From Podarcis pityusensis (Eukaryota), in assembly GCA_964106645.2 (NCBI GenBank), contig OZ067046.1: 64,000 nucleotides of DNA; one strand, written 5' to 3'. Positions within the stretch are counted from its first letter, which is position 1. The number at the start of each line of letters is the position of its first letter. Both the position numbers and the translations under genes were made by a program. The notes beneath the pieces were generated by a model. It was not told the origin of the DNA, ran no database searches, and saw only the letters and a list, made by a program, of their open reading frames with translations. Shown here one piece after another: positions 25,668 to 38,289 of this stretch.

Positions 25668-26649
25668 GTAGCTTGACTTGCATATACATTCTTGGTTCCT
25701 TAACAGGCAAAGGATAGAATACATTTTTTTTGTACTAGCCCCCCCAATGCTCTCATGTTATAGTAAGCAAGAAGATGGAAACATTTCACACAGTAGAAAA
25801 TGTTACCAACTTATTCTTGCTACTGTTTTAATCATCCTTTATTGGCTTTAATAGAAATTTAAAATTCAGACATCACTCTCCATGCTCTGTATATTTAACA
25901 AGGACTAATTATTTAATTAAAAGCCACTCTGGTTTATTTCTTTTTTCCAGTTGTCAATTAAGAGTAGCACTGCTGTCAATACTTCAGAGAATCATAGTTT
26001 GAAGCACTTTGTAAAAGCTTAGCAAATTTTAAATAAAAAAATAGCAGATCCGTCGTGTTTGCTGAACATGATCTTTTCTTGAGAGACCAGGATAGGCATT
26101 TCATTAAATTCATGTCTGACCACCAGGAAAGATGGGTAATAATGGTGCGCTGCCTAGACACCTTAATTTATTTCAAAGGCAATAATCTTATTTAGTGTTA
26201 CTTAGAAATTTAGATACCATAAAGAGTGGAGGGGGGGGAGGCTTTAAGGGGAAAGACTGCATTAACAATAGAGACTTTATTGATGGAAATTTGTTTCACA
26301 CCAGTTAACACACAAGGAACACAATGCATGAAGGTGTGAGACAAAACTCACAACTAATGCGGTATTAATATGGTTTGTGCATTACGATAAAGGAAGTAGG
26401 CGTTTTCAATAACCACAGTCTCAAGTGGTTCTCACAAAAATTTGAAGATAATTGCCTTTAATTACCAGTCATCCCAGACTTTCTCTTGTTCCAGATGCCA
26501 CTCTTCTTCTGCAAAAACATCACACTCCACTGCCATCGGCCTCCTCCTATGTGCCAAAGGAGGAACTGAACTTGCATTTCCCATGCAGAACCCATCCATG
26601 TGTCCAAAAAATAATTAATGATGTGGCATGGTGGTCTGCTATTATAGAC

Positions 26650-26742
26650 TATTGTATTTTAATATTCTGTTGGAAGCTGCCCAGAGTGGCTGGGGAAACC
26701 CAGCCAGATGGGAGGGGTATAAATAATAAATTATTCTTATTA
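26650..26742 (+). mobile_element. L2 3'-end fragment (same family as 17940)
   Basis: GGAAGCTGCCCAGAGTGGCTGGGGAAACCCAGCCAGATGGG...ATAAATAATAAA matches the reverse complement of 17965-18030. Confidence 0.85.
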
Positions 26743-27138
26743 GGGGGAGGTTTTTTTTAAAAAAAACAATATCCACTGAATACTCACAAGACCTCTGGTA
26801 TGAAGAAAATAGCTGTCTGGATCCTAGCTCAGATCATGTAGCACCAACTCTCAGATGAGTTCCTAGGCTAAATCTAAAGACCTAAGCTACTTGGGATCAG
26901 AATATTATGAAGACCACCTGCTCCCTTTATCAGCCTACCCATACATCCAGGGTTATCTTTAGAGGCCTTGCTTCACAGAATCATAGTTAGGAGAGACCCC
27001 AAGGATCATCTAGACCAACCCTCTGAAATAAATGCTCCCTCACGGCTTGAGTAGGGGTATCTTGAGAATTCACATATGTGAGCAATCCCTGCTTGAATTC
27101 TGCAGCAGGCTGTGTCCCCCCCTTAGCTCTGTATGTTA

Positions 27139-27756
27139 CTATATTTTTCGCTCCATAAGACGCACTTTTTTCTTCCAAAAAAGTAAGGGGGAATGTCTGT
27201 GCGTCTTATGGAGCGAATGCGTGGTCCCTGGAGCTGAATTGCCCAGGGGCAAAAAGCAGGTCGTGCTTTTTTTTTTTTTTTTTTTAAGGAAAAGGGAAGG
27301 GGTGTTGAAACAAAGCCGCTGAGCAGCTGATTGGCAAGCGATTGGGGAGGGAGATAAGAGAAGCTAGAGATAAAGAAGGCTGCCTGGGAGGGGGGAGGTA
27401 AAAGCCCATGGATTCTCAGGATTTTTGCATTGCGTCACCCCAAATTCACCATCAGATCCCATAGCATGTCCATGGCTACAGCCTGCACCAAAAAAATCAT
27501 GCACCCACCCACTGTTGCCTGGGGCCGCAATGGTGCAAAAACATGGCTACAAAGCACGGATCCACATGGATCCTCAGGATTTTTGAACTGGGCTACCCCA
27601 AACTCACCGTCAAATCACATGTCTGTGGCCACAGCATGAACCACAAAAATCAAACATCCACTGTTTCATTCAGAATATTTTTTTTTTCTTGTTTTCCTCC
27701 TCTAAAAACTGTGTGCGTCTTATGGTCGGGTGCGTCTTATGGAGCGAAAAATACAG
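27139..27756. mobile_element. Tc2-like mariner MITE, complete, with 27-bp TIRs and TA TSD
   Basis: Left TIR CTATATTTTTCGCTCCATAAGACGCAC versus reverse complement of right TIR CTGTATTTTTCGCTCCATAAGACGCAC (1 mismatch). TA on both sides. Confidence 0.88.
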
Positions 27757-28154
27757 TAACTCCTGCTATGTTGCCTCCCTCTGCCCCATAGGACTCCCAA
27801 ACTGACCTCACAGATGTAGATTTCTCCATTCCAATTCCTGCAGAAGCATTTCTTCCCACCCAGGAAGGGGTGCGTGCGTGTGTGCATGCAAGAGTACAAC
27901 TCCCAGATTCCCGCATGAGAAACTGACATGCTGTGGAGGGCCCTCTCCCAGATGGAATTGCGGATTCTGGATTTACAGCCGTAGTCCATAGTTTGCGGGG
28001 TGGATGCATTGGTGGATACACCACTGTCCATCCCAATATCCATTTTGGTCCCCTGGGCCACAGAGGGAGGAGAGGAATAATGGAGGTAGCCTTTTTAGTG
28101 TTACATCAAACACAGTGAAGCTCGTTGAGGCTCTGATAGTTGGAACATATACAA

Positions 28155-28407
28155 CATGGCTAGGCAAACTAAGGCCCGGGGGCCGGATCCGGCCCAATCG
28201 CCTTCTAAATCTGCCCTGCGGACAGTCCGGGAATCAGTGTGTTTTTACATGAGTAGAATGTGTGCTTTTATTAAAAACGCATCTCTGGGTTATTTGTGGG
28301 GCATAGGAATTTGTTCATTCCCCCCCCCTCAAAATATAGTCCCGTCCCCCCACAAGGTCTGAGGGACAGTGAACCAGCCCCCTGCTGAAAAATTTTGCTG
28401 ACCCCTG
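28155..28407. mobile_element. hAT MITE (same family as 5073 and 59597)
   Basis: Same termini as 5073. TSD ATATACAA/ATATAGAA (1 mismatch). Confidence 0.88.
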
Positions 28408-28935
28408 ATATAGAAGCCTTGAATCCTTTCAGGGCAACTAGGAAGGCAATTAACAAGCCCTATGCTTTAATGAGCAGCGCCTGATTAATATGCCTGCCTC
28501 TTCTCATGAAGAGGGAACAACTGCTGTATTTTATTCTGTGAACTGCCTCTGAGATTGTGTGGTGAAGAGTAGTATATAAATTTAATAAATAAAATTATAA
28601 CTGCTGATGGATCTACTGGGTCATTTTCCTCCATTACCCCATAACCTCAAGAATATTGGGTTAACTTGTATGCTGCTTTGTCTCACAGGTGCATAGGCAG
28701 CAAACAGAACCTTTTCTGTATTTATCTCCTGTTTAATACTGTCTTTATGTTTAGAATTGTGTTTGGGGTTTTTTAAAAAATATATTTTTAGCTCTTTATT
28801 TATAAATGTAACTGTTTTATATATGTTATGTTGTAAATCGTTTTGGGGTGCCTCACGGGAAGTGATTCATAAATGAAATAAATTATACTAACTTTGAAAA
28901 CATGTACATTAGATGCTTCTGTCTTAAACCAGATA

Positions 28936-29296
28936 AGGTAAAGGTAAAGGTACCCCTGCCCTTACAGGCCAGTCTTGCCAGACTCTAGGGTTGTGCGCTC
29001 ATCTCACTCTATAGGCCTGGAGCCAGCGCTGTCTGCAGACATTTCCGGGTCACGTGGCCAGCGTGACAAGCTGCATCTGGCGAGCCAGCGCAGCACACGG
29101 AACGCCATTTACCTTCCCGCTGGTAAGCGGTCCCTATTTATCTACTTGCACCCGGAGGTGCTTTCGAACTGCTAGGTTGGCAGGCACTGGGACCAAACGA
29201 CGGGAGCGCACCCCACCGCGGGGATTCGAACCACCGACCTTTCAATCGGCAAGTCCTAGGCGCTGAGGCTTTAACCCACAGCGCCACCCGCGTCCC
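28936..29296 (-). mobile_element. Sauria (Squam1) SINE, full length, 13-bp TSD CTTAAACCAGATA
   Basis: Minus strand begins GGGACGCGGGTGGCGCTGTGGGTTAAA and ends with an (ACCTTT)n tail. TSD at 28923-28935 and 29297-29309. Confidence 0.93.
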
Positions 29297-29551
29297 CTTA
29301 AACCAGATAGGCAACAACAAATACACTGTAATGTTATGTATAACTGCCACAAAGTTGTAAGGATCTTAATAGACAAAATGCCACCCTCTATTCTACTGTA
29401 ACAAATTTTACCAATGTTATTGTTTTTATAAAAAATGTAAAACAATTTCTCTACAAGTATTCCAGCTGATCTCCTAACTGTCCAAACTGGCCACAGAACG
29501 CCCAATGTTATAAAATATCACATCAGACCAAAAGCCAACAATCCTACAGTA

Positions 29552-30263
29552 ACAGATACCAGAGCCTGCAATAAACCCAGATGCCAACTTTGCTGCCACA
29601 TACACCCGGACAACACCATTACTGGCCCCAACAACATCACACATACCATCTCGGGACTATTCAATTGCTCATCATCTAACATTGTGTATGGCATCAAATG
29701 CCAACAGTGTCCTTCAGCTCTCTATATTGGACAAACAGGCCAAACCTTACGCCAAAGAATAAATGGACATAAATCTGACATCAAGAATCACAAAACAGAG
29801 AAACCAGTAGGAGAACACTTCAATCTCCCAGGACATTCTATACAAGATCTCAAAGTAGCTGTTTTACTACAAAGGAATTTCAGAAATAGACTGGAAAGAG
29901 AAGCTGCTGAATTGCAACTTATTACCAAACTTAAAACCATGGAGAGACCTGGTTTGAACAAAGACATTGGATTCTTATCCCATTATACATGACTAAGCCA
30001 TTTCTCACCTTCTCACCCCTTGCCTTTTCCTGTAAGACCTATTACAGTCGTTAAGAGTCGTCAGCAGGCTCATCTCAGCTATCTGCCAATCTCCCATTCC
30101 CACCACCCTTCTGAGTAATACCCCTCCCCACCTTCTCACTATATAGAAGGATCTGGCAACTTCTGTTTCAGTGTATCTGAAGAAGTGTGCTTGCACACGA
30201 AAGCTCATACCAAGAACTAACTTAGTTGGTCTTAAAGGTGCTACTGGAAGGATTTTTTTTATT
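29552..30263 (+). mobile_element. Penelope-like retroelement (Neptune-type) 3' part: Cys-rich linker, GIY-YIG endonuclease and pseudo-LTR
   Basis: Reads CNKPRCQLC...FNCSSSNIVYGIKC..CPSALYIGQTGQTLRQRINGH...GLNKD. Flanked by a 12-bp direct repeat AATCCTACAGTA (29540-29551, 30264-30275). Confidence 0.92.
30173..30210 (+). ncRNA. Minimal type I hammerhead ribozyme motif within the Penelope element
   Basis: GTAT-CTGAAGA-A-GTGTGC-TT-GCACAC-GAAA-GCTC^ATAC: catalytic core boxes, stem II hairpin, palindromic AGCT stem III and 4-bp stem I. Confidence 0.75.
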
Positions 30264-30424
30264 AATCCTACAGTAGTTCTTAAACTTATCAAAAACAAAG
30301 TCCTAATATTGCTAATATAGATTGTATTGCTCTCGACTTCAATAGCCAGCATATAATATTTACAACTTTCTGAATCTTCCCCTATTGGTCAACACATGGG
30401 ACAGGGCCATAGCAGACAACTCCT

Positions 30425-30594
30425 AGGGGCTGTGGGGGGGTTTCGGTCCCCCAATAAAATATTTGAGGGGGCTGCCCTTTCCAAAGTTGATGAGCATTGC
30501 CATTCAAATTGTGTGTGTGCACTGTGTCATGTGATCAGATTATGCAGGGTGGGGCTTGCCTGCCCCCCAATATTTTATTCAAGTTGGCACCCCT
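30425..30594. mobile_element. Small DNA-transposon MITE (AGGGG...CCCCT termini)
   Basis: Inverted AATAAAATATT/AATATTTTATT motifs and inverted termini. Confidence 0.45.
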
Positions 30595-32076
30595 AGACAG
30601 GGTCTTCTCTGTTGTGGCACCAAGGTTATACAATTCCCTATTTAGAGAGCTCCACCTTCCATCCTCTTTGTTCAGGCACCACATTTAAGACACTTATTTC
30701 GGGGGGCCAAAAAGAAAATACAAATCACTCTCATTGCTGCTAGTTCCTCCCTCCTCCCCCACCTCCCGCCTCTGTTAGATCTTCATGCTTTAAAAAAAAA
30801 GAAAACTTGAAAGTTTTATCAATGTTTTATAAATCACAAAGACAGGTGATAAGCTACCTGACACCATGTCTAGTTATCATTAGCGCTATATTCTGTGAGG
30901 GTTTTATTAGCCATTATTGATGTTGCCACAGATTTATTCCTTTGGGAGCATATAAATAACCAACAAATAGTGAGAAAATGCCACCCTAACTATTACCTGC
31001 TTTTGCTGGCATTTGTCCCTTTAGTATTAGGTAAGCAATTTGTTCGGCACCACAGTCCACGGCAAAAAATATTTCATGAGCTGGAGTAGAAAGAACTGCC
31101 TTGCCAAAAATCCATTTAGTTAAGCACTGTTTCCAGAAGTGACTGGCTGGGTGCTTCTGGGCATGCAAGTAGATTATGAAAGGTTGTGGCTTTCCTTTCT
31201 TCTGCATAGACACATGTAGAAAATGACAACACTACATAAAAGCAAGGGGGGGAATGCACTGTGGTTCTCCTATTTTGAAAATAACTGGAAATGGAGAAAA
31301 CTTGAGGGGAAATGTATTAACTGTGTGAAGGAAAAAGCGAAGTCATATGAACACGATAAAACATTAATTCCACCTTCATTTGAAACATCATAAAGCATTC
31401 ACTCTGCAACCTTTTCAGAGGAACTACCAGAGCAGGCTGCCAGCTGGTATGCAGAAAGAAAGACCCAATGGCTTTAGTGGGGAAATATATGCAGGTATCT
31501 ATACTCTTGAGGAAATGAGCTGAGCAAAATAGACTCAAGCAAAAGATCTCTGGGATTATTGCTACCATAACATAGAGCCATTACGACAATAAATCCACAC
31601 TGCATTCATTATCAATATTGCTTCCTTCCCTATTAACAGGAAACGGCTTTTGTCAATATTAACAATGCCTCTTCCAGACAAAGATTAACTTACTGCTTTT
31701 GAAAGGGGAGGGGGAGAGAAACAAGCCATAAAATGGTAAGAGCAGAGAAACCCCGGCATTCTCGTAATGCGGCAAGCAACACCGCTCCAAGACTTCCAGA
31801 CAAAGTGCACACAGTGGGACCTAGACCAGGCCTCAGTGGAACAGGCAAGGTGTGTTATGAAAGCTTCAGCCAGCCAAGACTAGTTTTCCATGGAATCGTA
31901 AGCTGTGCCTTCTTCAGACTGGAAGGCAGCAAATCAGGCAAGGATTTATAGCTTTTGGCCCACAAGATGCAAGTATTCCTCCCTTTTTTTTAAAGTAAAA
32001 CTAAGAAGCATTGGGTGAGGGAGTTTATAGCTGGATTTCCTTTCCTAAAGTCCTACAATTTCTATAATCATATATA

Positions 32077-32432
32077 AAAGGTGAAGGTAAAGGGACCCCT
32101 GACCATTAGGTCCAGTCGTGACCGACTCTGGGGTTGCGGCGCTCATCTCGCTTTATTGGCCGAGGGAGCCGGCGTACAACTTCCGGGTCATGTGGCCAGC
32201 ATGACTAAGCTGCTTCTGGCGAACCTGAGCAGCGCACGGAAACGCCGCTTACCTTCCCGCTAGAACAGTACCTATTTGTCTACTTGCACTTTGATGTGCT
32301 TTCGAACTGCTAGGTTGGCAGGAGCAGAGACCGAGCAACGGGAGCTCACCCTGTCGCGGGGATTCAAACCGCCGACCTTCTGATCGGCAAGTCCTAGGCT
32401 CTGTGGTTTAACCACAGCGCCACCTGCGTCCC
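32077..32432 (-). mobile_element. Sauria (Squam1) SINE, full length
   Basis: Same structure as 28936. TSD ATAATCATA(T/C)ATA at 32064-32076 and 32433-32445. Confidence 0.93.
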
Positions 32433-32499
32433 ATAATCATACATACACTTGGAGGGTCCACTGTATATAATATAATCATACATGCACACATATTATATA

Positions 32500-32927
32500 C
32501 AGTGGACCCTCCAGATACCAATTAAATTCGTTCCGGCGGTCCATACTTAACCTGAAAAGTCTGCAACTGGAGGCACTATTTCTGGGCAAGTGCACTTCTG
32601 CACATGTGGCGAAAGCCATAAGTACAATGGTACCTCGGGTTAAGAACTTAATTCGTTCTGGAGGTCCGTTCTTAACCTGAAACTGTTCTTAACCTGAGGT
32701 ACCACTTTAGCTAATGGGGCCTCCCGCTGCTGCCGCGCCGCTGCTGCACAATTTCTGTTCTCATCCTGAAGCAAAGTTCTTAACCCAAGGTAATATTTCT
32801 GGGTTAGCGGAGTCTGTAACCTGTAGCACCTGTAACCCGAGGTACCACTGTATACACTTCCGGGTTTGCTGCATTCGCAACCTGAAAGTTACATATCCAG
32901 AGTGGTACGTAACTCAGGGGTCCACTG
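32500..32927. mobile_element. Mariner/Tigger-like MITE (CAGTGGACCC termini) with a nested Tigger-like MITE at 32625-32850
   Basis: Outer element TA|CAGTGGACCC...GGGTCCACTG|TA; inner element TA|CAATGGTACCTCGGG...CCCGAGGTACCACTG|TA. Confidence 0.82.
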
Positions 32928-35900
32928 TATCTCTAAAGAAGCTATCAGTTGTCACACTCTAGCACTGGAAACTCAGGCTTGGGGCAGGGGAAAGAACTGT
33001 CAAGAAACCATGCCTCCACATCAGGCCACAGCTCACAATGCCTCTGGTGTCTCTTGCTTGCCTAGGTGGGGTGGGTGGTTGGAGATACACATATAGGTGG
33101 GTGCAAAGAAACCTCTGGCTTTTGCACGATTGGAATGTAGCTCACTGTACAAAGAAAGAGTCACATCTGTTGCTTTGCCCACTTTTTGTCTCTGCCCCCC
33201 CCCCCCCGCACCAGTGGCATGTGGCCACCAGTGGCGCGTTGCCCCCACGAGGGAATGCAACCTCTACAGGCTTAAAAAAGGTCCCCCACCCCTGCTCTAG
33301 CACGACTGGGAAAAAAATATGGGGCAAAGCTATGCAGATGTAGCAATGGGGCTTTGCAGATGACAGTGCAGAAGAATGAATGGAACCCCAGGCACGTTCC
33401 ATTTCCAGCGATTCCTAGGAAGCGCAATGAGACACTGAAAAATCTTGTTCCCCTTTCTCCGGTAAAAAGAGTTGGAACCATCCAGGTCTGGTTTAGCCTC
33501 AGCCACATACATGCCAAAGGGGGTGGCATCAAAAAGTGTCCTTTTTTAAAAGAACCTTTCTTCCATTTCATACTATAAATTTAAAGGGGGGAAAAATCTT
33601 TAAAAATATTAATGCATACAAATAAACGTGATTAATTTCTTTGAAACTCTTAACAAAGATGAATTAATTGCCATGGAATTCTTTGCACAAACCATGAATT
33701 CCAGCTGAGGTCAGACAGGCCCCCTCCTTACAGACTCTCTGGCACCTACTGAAGAGATTTTAATTTGTAGTTAGTTTCTATAGTTTCGACTTTTATTTTT
33801 AATATTGTTTCTTTACAAACCACTTAGACACTTTGGCAGTTATAGTGTCCACATAAGCAGTACTTAACTGTTTAAATAATTATATTGCTTAGTTTTAGTG
33901 AGCTATATTAATTATCCCTTCCACCACCCTACCTCCTCACCTAAAACATTAATTCTAATTCATTTGTAGTAGGCTCAGTAACAAATATCTCATATACACA
34001 CCCTGCTGGATTTTGGGTGCTCTCCTCATTATTGTCAGCTTGGTGAGAATCACTTCTGAACACTTTCCAATACATGGACACAGACAGGCATAACCTAAGA
34101 ACATCAGAAGAGCTCTGCAGGATGAGACCAAAGGCTGCCTAGTCAACATCCTGTTCTCACAACCGTCAAGACACTCCTTCACAGCTGATCCATGAAGATC
34201 AACTGCAGGGGGCAGAGGCAGTCATTGCTCAGACCAGCACTTCGTCAGCTTCAGTGATTCCATCCCTATTGATCAGATGATTGATCTGCTAAGCAGTGAA
34301 AGGACAATTCGTATTCCCATCATAGTGCTGAGCTGGGCAGAGAGGCTGGACACTGTCCAAGGTTATGCTAAGGATTCAAATCACTTTGTTCCCCACAGAA
34401 CTTTTTTTCTTTCCCAGTGGCAGTGCTGGGACATAGAATATTCCAAAATAAAAGTGCTAGATCTGGAAGAGAGGGGGGTGGGGGATGACTTACTTTCCTT
34501 CCCAAAAACGAGACTCAAGCCACAACACCATCACACCATCTCCATTTGCCACAAATGTAGTCCAGCCCACTGCCAGCCAAAGCATTCTGGCAAACGTATG
34601 TTTTGACTGAAGGATGGCATGTCACATGCTTTAGATAACCGCAACATCTTTTCTAGAGGTCCAGAGGCTGCTGAAATTTGGGAGAATGTGTGGGAAACAA
34701 ACAACTACCTATACATTGGCTAAGAACAGGTTTCAAGAGTATCCTGCAAAATTAGCAGCTGATGCACCAGATATCAACAACAACCTGCGTCGACTAAGGA
34801 GGAGGAGCTACTTCCCCTCTGGACATGCCTGGCTTTGCTTTTTGATGTCACAGAAAGCAGCTTTAGATCAGTCAGCTGAATGATGACTGAGTTCTGAAGT
34901 AATACAAAATAAATTAAAGCATATATTGCTTTTGAATGGCATGCCGTAGGTGCAGGTAAGTTGAATGCTTTTGGAACCATTGGATGGGACAGAGAATACT
35001 AGTTACCCATGACATGTCACTAAGAGAAAAATAACTTTTTGATGTGGGATAGTCTCCGTAAGTAGACCTTAGTGGGGTAACAGCTGGCTTATTAACGTCT
35101 TGATGTGCCTTCAAAAAACGAATTAGCTGCAATGGTACTTAGCACCCCAGAGTCTGCAGCTTGTGACTTCTAGACTCCACGAGAGGGGAAATCCAGGAAT
35201 CTTTCACCAGCAGTTTCAAAAATGTACGTTCGTGCATTTACTCAATGCACAATGTGTTCTAACAGCATATAAAAACAATCACATGGTGATGTAATGCCAA
35301 GAACTTTTCACAACCAGAATGAATGAGGGAAAAAAGATAATCAAAATCCTACTAGGTACTATAGAAAATATTTTAATTCTCAGAGCAACAATACAAATGC
35401 ACTAAATAGAGTTGAAGAAAGCAACACTACAGTGCCCTCAAGTTTTTAAAGCTCTCAGTTACTCACAAAGTAGGTCTGAACTAATTTTGTGCTCATTTGG
35501 AGCAGTGATACTTAGCCACAAGTGGCTAGACAAAAAATAAAAAATAAAAATCTCCCAGAGCAAAGGCTGTGTTTTCAAACTGAAACAAAACTGCATGCAT
35601 TTTACTTAACTGCTAGTAGAAGACAAAACTCCTTAGAGATAGGAAGTAAAGTGAATAATTGATAAAGCATCATTTTATTTATCAAGTAAAAGCAAGACCT
35701 GTAAGTGAGGAGGATGAAAACAAACTAGGCATGTATAAATCTGCCAGATGATGATTAAATATTCTCACTGTATCAATATCCTGAAAAGGTAAAAAAAAAC
35801 CTACAGTGAGCAGTAACTAGGGTTTAAGTAAACACAGAATTAACTGTAACTAATTAGCCCATTAGCAAGGCATCTCCAGAAACCATTAGTCTAGTACAGC

Positions 35901-37354
35901 AGTTATGAGACTTTATGGCCTTTCCACAGGCCTGCAATCCACACCCAGCATGCACCTTCAAAAAATCCAAGTGTCAGGATGCCATTTTAATTTCCCACAA
36001 TGCCTCAATGTAGTATTGGCTATGAGACATTGTGGAAAAGTTCACACTGGGCACGGGATAGATTTTATCATTTAAACCTTTCTTGAATTGAAAGTTGGAG
36101 GGTGGTATTGAGGGAGATTCCATGTTCAGATAAAACCTGGCGCAGCACAGGTAATTTCTCTACAGTGTAAGGGGCATCTGTGTCAAGGAAGTACATAGGC
36201 CCAAGAGATTCTTACCAGAATCAGACTTTTCCTGTGATGTAACAAGTCTTGGGATGCAAGTGGCGTCCATGGGGAAAGTTCTGAATAGGTCTTGTTGCCT
36301 TTAAAACGGATCCCATTTTTATTTTACTAAAATCAGACTATAGTATTTGAGTATGGTTTGCCCCACAGGTGCCACATGTTATCAATGCATCACTAACTTA
36401 ATTCTAAATAGTTTTAGAATTTCTCTGCAATGGAATCAAGATCACATAGGCCGCCCTCCACCTCCAAAAGCCCAACCTAAAACAAAAACAGCAACTTGAA
36501 CATTAACACTAGCAGTCACTACCTTGCCCCACACAAACACTTTCAGAAGAAGGTCACACAAGCATTGCTTCAGAAGCCACAAGCAACTTTGCAAGACGTT
36601 AAATGCAGTATTTTCCATCTCATTTATACCAACCTCGCAGATAATAAAACAAAAACAAACATTTCAGATAATCGCAGCATATGAGTAACTCTGGAACTGT
36701 TAGCTTCAAGAGCATTTCGCCTTGGAATGATTTAACAGCTCCAGAGTTTTATTTTGTGTAAACTCAAGCAAGCGTGCCAACATAAAAGAGAGAGAAAAAG
36801 AAAAGTTTTCCGTGCTGCTCATAATGATTCAGCAGTTGTTATTTGTATAGGCAAGACAGGTTCCCCTGCCTAGCCAGGTATAGTACCTTCTGCCACAAGA
36901 GACTTAGAAGCTTGGATATATATGTATGTATTCCGTTCCTGGAGCTTTTAGGAAACGATGCCAACGGAATCCAGGACTGCTGACGCCAAGGAAAACGGCT
37001 ACAAGCCTGTCAATTATCTATCAAACTCTTTGCAAAGGAAGGCTGGGAAGAGGAGGAGGAGGAGGAGGAGGAGGCGTGCGACTGCCTCAGCCCCATAAGC
37101 CATCCTTGTTTACGAGTCACCTATGCAGGGAGTTCACTGGTACCTGTTTGCTTAAGCACGACAGTCCACAGAAGAGGAAATCCTTCCATGGCTATTTGTA
37201 AACAGCGCTGGAAGGACGACACCTGCCTGCAGCTTGCACCAGCTCGACAACCTGCTGGGCAGCCCACCTTTTAAAAAAAAAAATCTCCCCCCCCCCATTT
37301 CCACAGCTGCTACAGCCAATTTTGTATTTGTGCAGGGGAGAGGGGGCCACTTAC

Positions 37355-37970
37355 CTCCGTGAACATGTCTTACTGCCTTCCTACATGGCAAGAGAGGTTT
37401 CCTGTTTTCATACATTCCCTTGTCAGCTGTAATCAGTGTCAATAAGGTTAGCGTCTTCTGTGCTAGCGGCTGGAGTGTCGGCCCTGACAGGAAAGAACTT
37501 TTTAATCTCTTCCCTCACACTGAGCCATGCGAAGCCAGCGAGCGCTCCCAGGCATAACTCCCTTGGCTCCTCTCCTAAAAAACGCTCCCTCAAGTGCGCG
37601 GTTGCTAAGCAATATCTGCCGTGCTCTGTGTGTGTGTGAGAGTGAATGTGCGCACCCCCAACACACACACACACACGTTCCCCGCCGCTCCTCTTCGTAT
37701 CGTTTGAAATTGGCAACATCTGTCCCTTTGGCGGTTCTGACTTATGCAAAGGACCGTGTGCGGAGTTTTTATTTTTTAAAAAATAAAAGCAGAGGAAAAG
37801 CGCACGCCGTTTCATCTGGCCTCCTCTAATGGCTGGTTTTGTTAATATTTCATTTCCAGTTTTAAAACAAAAGCAGCGGCCGCTGCGCCCAGAGGAAGAG
37901 CAAGGAGGGAAAAGCAAAGCCCCGTAAAGTCCGGTGGGAATCGCCGACAAAAGCACATACAGCAAAGTAG
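37355..37970 (-). promoter_or_regulatory. Intronic CpG-rich island; candidate internal AFF1 promoter and alternative first exon ending ATG TTC ACG GAG|gtaagt
   Basis: Roughly 30 CpGs counted by eye in about 520 bp (37441-37960) of sequence with no recognisable repeat, against a CpG-poor intron. Consensus donor GAG|GTAAGT at 37355/37354. ATG at 37366 is in phase 0 with the next AFF1 exon. Confidence 0.6.
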
Positions 37971-38248
37971 TTTATTTATTTTTCTTTGCTCACTCTTTCT
38001 GGCTTGGGTTTGTTTATTTAAAGACGACTTTTTCCACTCTCTCTCGTTTTCAACTTTTCTATTGCTACCTCAGATAATTAAGTAGCTGTATAAATAAAGC
38101 GGCTACAAGTGACTACAATAAATATATTAATGGCACTGGATTTCATTTACTGTATTAAACTCAGCTTGTTTTTGTTTTTAAAAGTGTCCGCTGCGACTGA
38201 TAGCCGTTTCGCCTTAAAAAATAATAATGTTGTGTCAGTGTGTCGTTA

Positions 38249-38289
<41 letters not shown>

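Noticed and set aside
33220-33240. CTCF-like TGGCCACCAGTGGCGC
   Set aside because: One base short of the core spacing, and it lies in an apparent hAT remnant.
37423-37965. 180-aa minus-strand ORF over the CpG island
   Set aside because: It stops before the splice donor and crosses a (GT)n repeat; its length is explained by high GC content.
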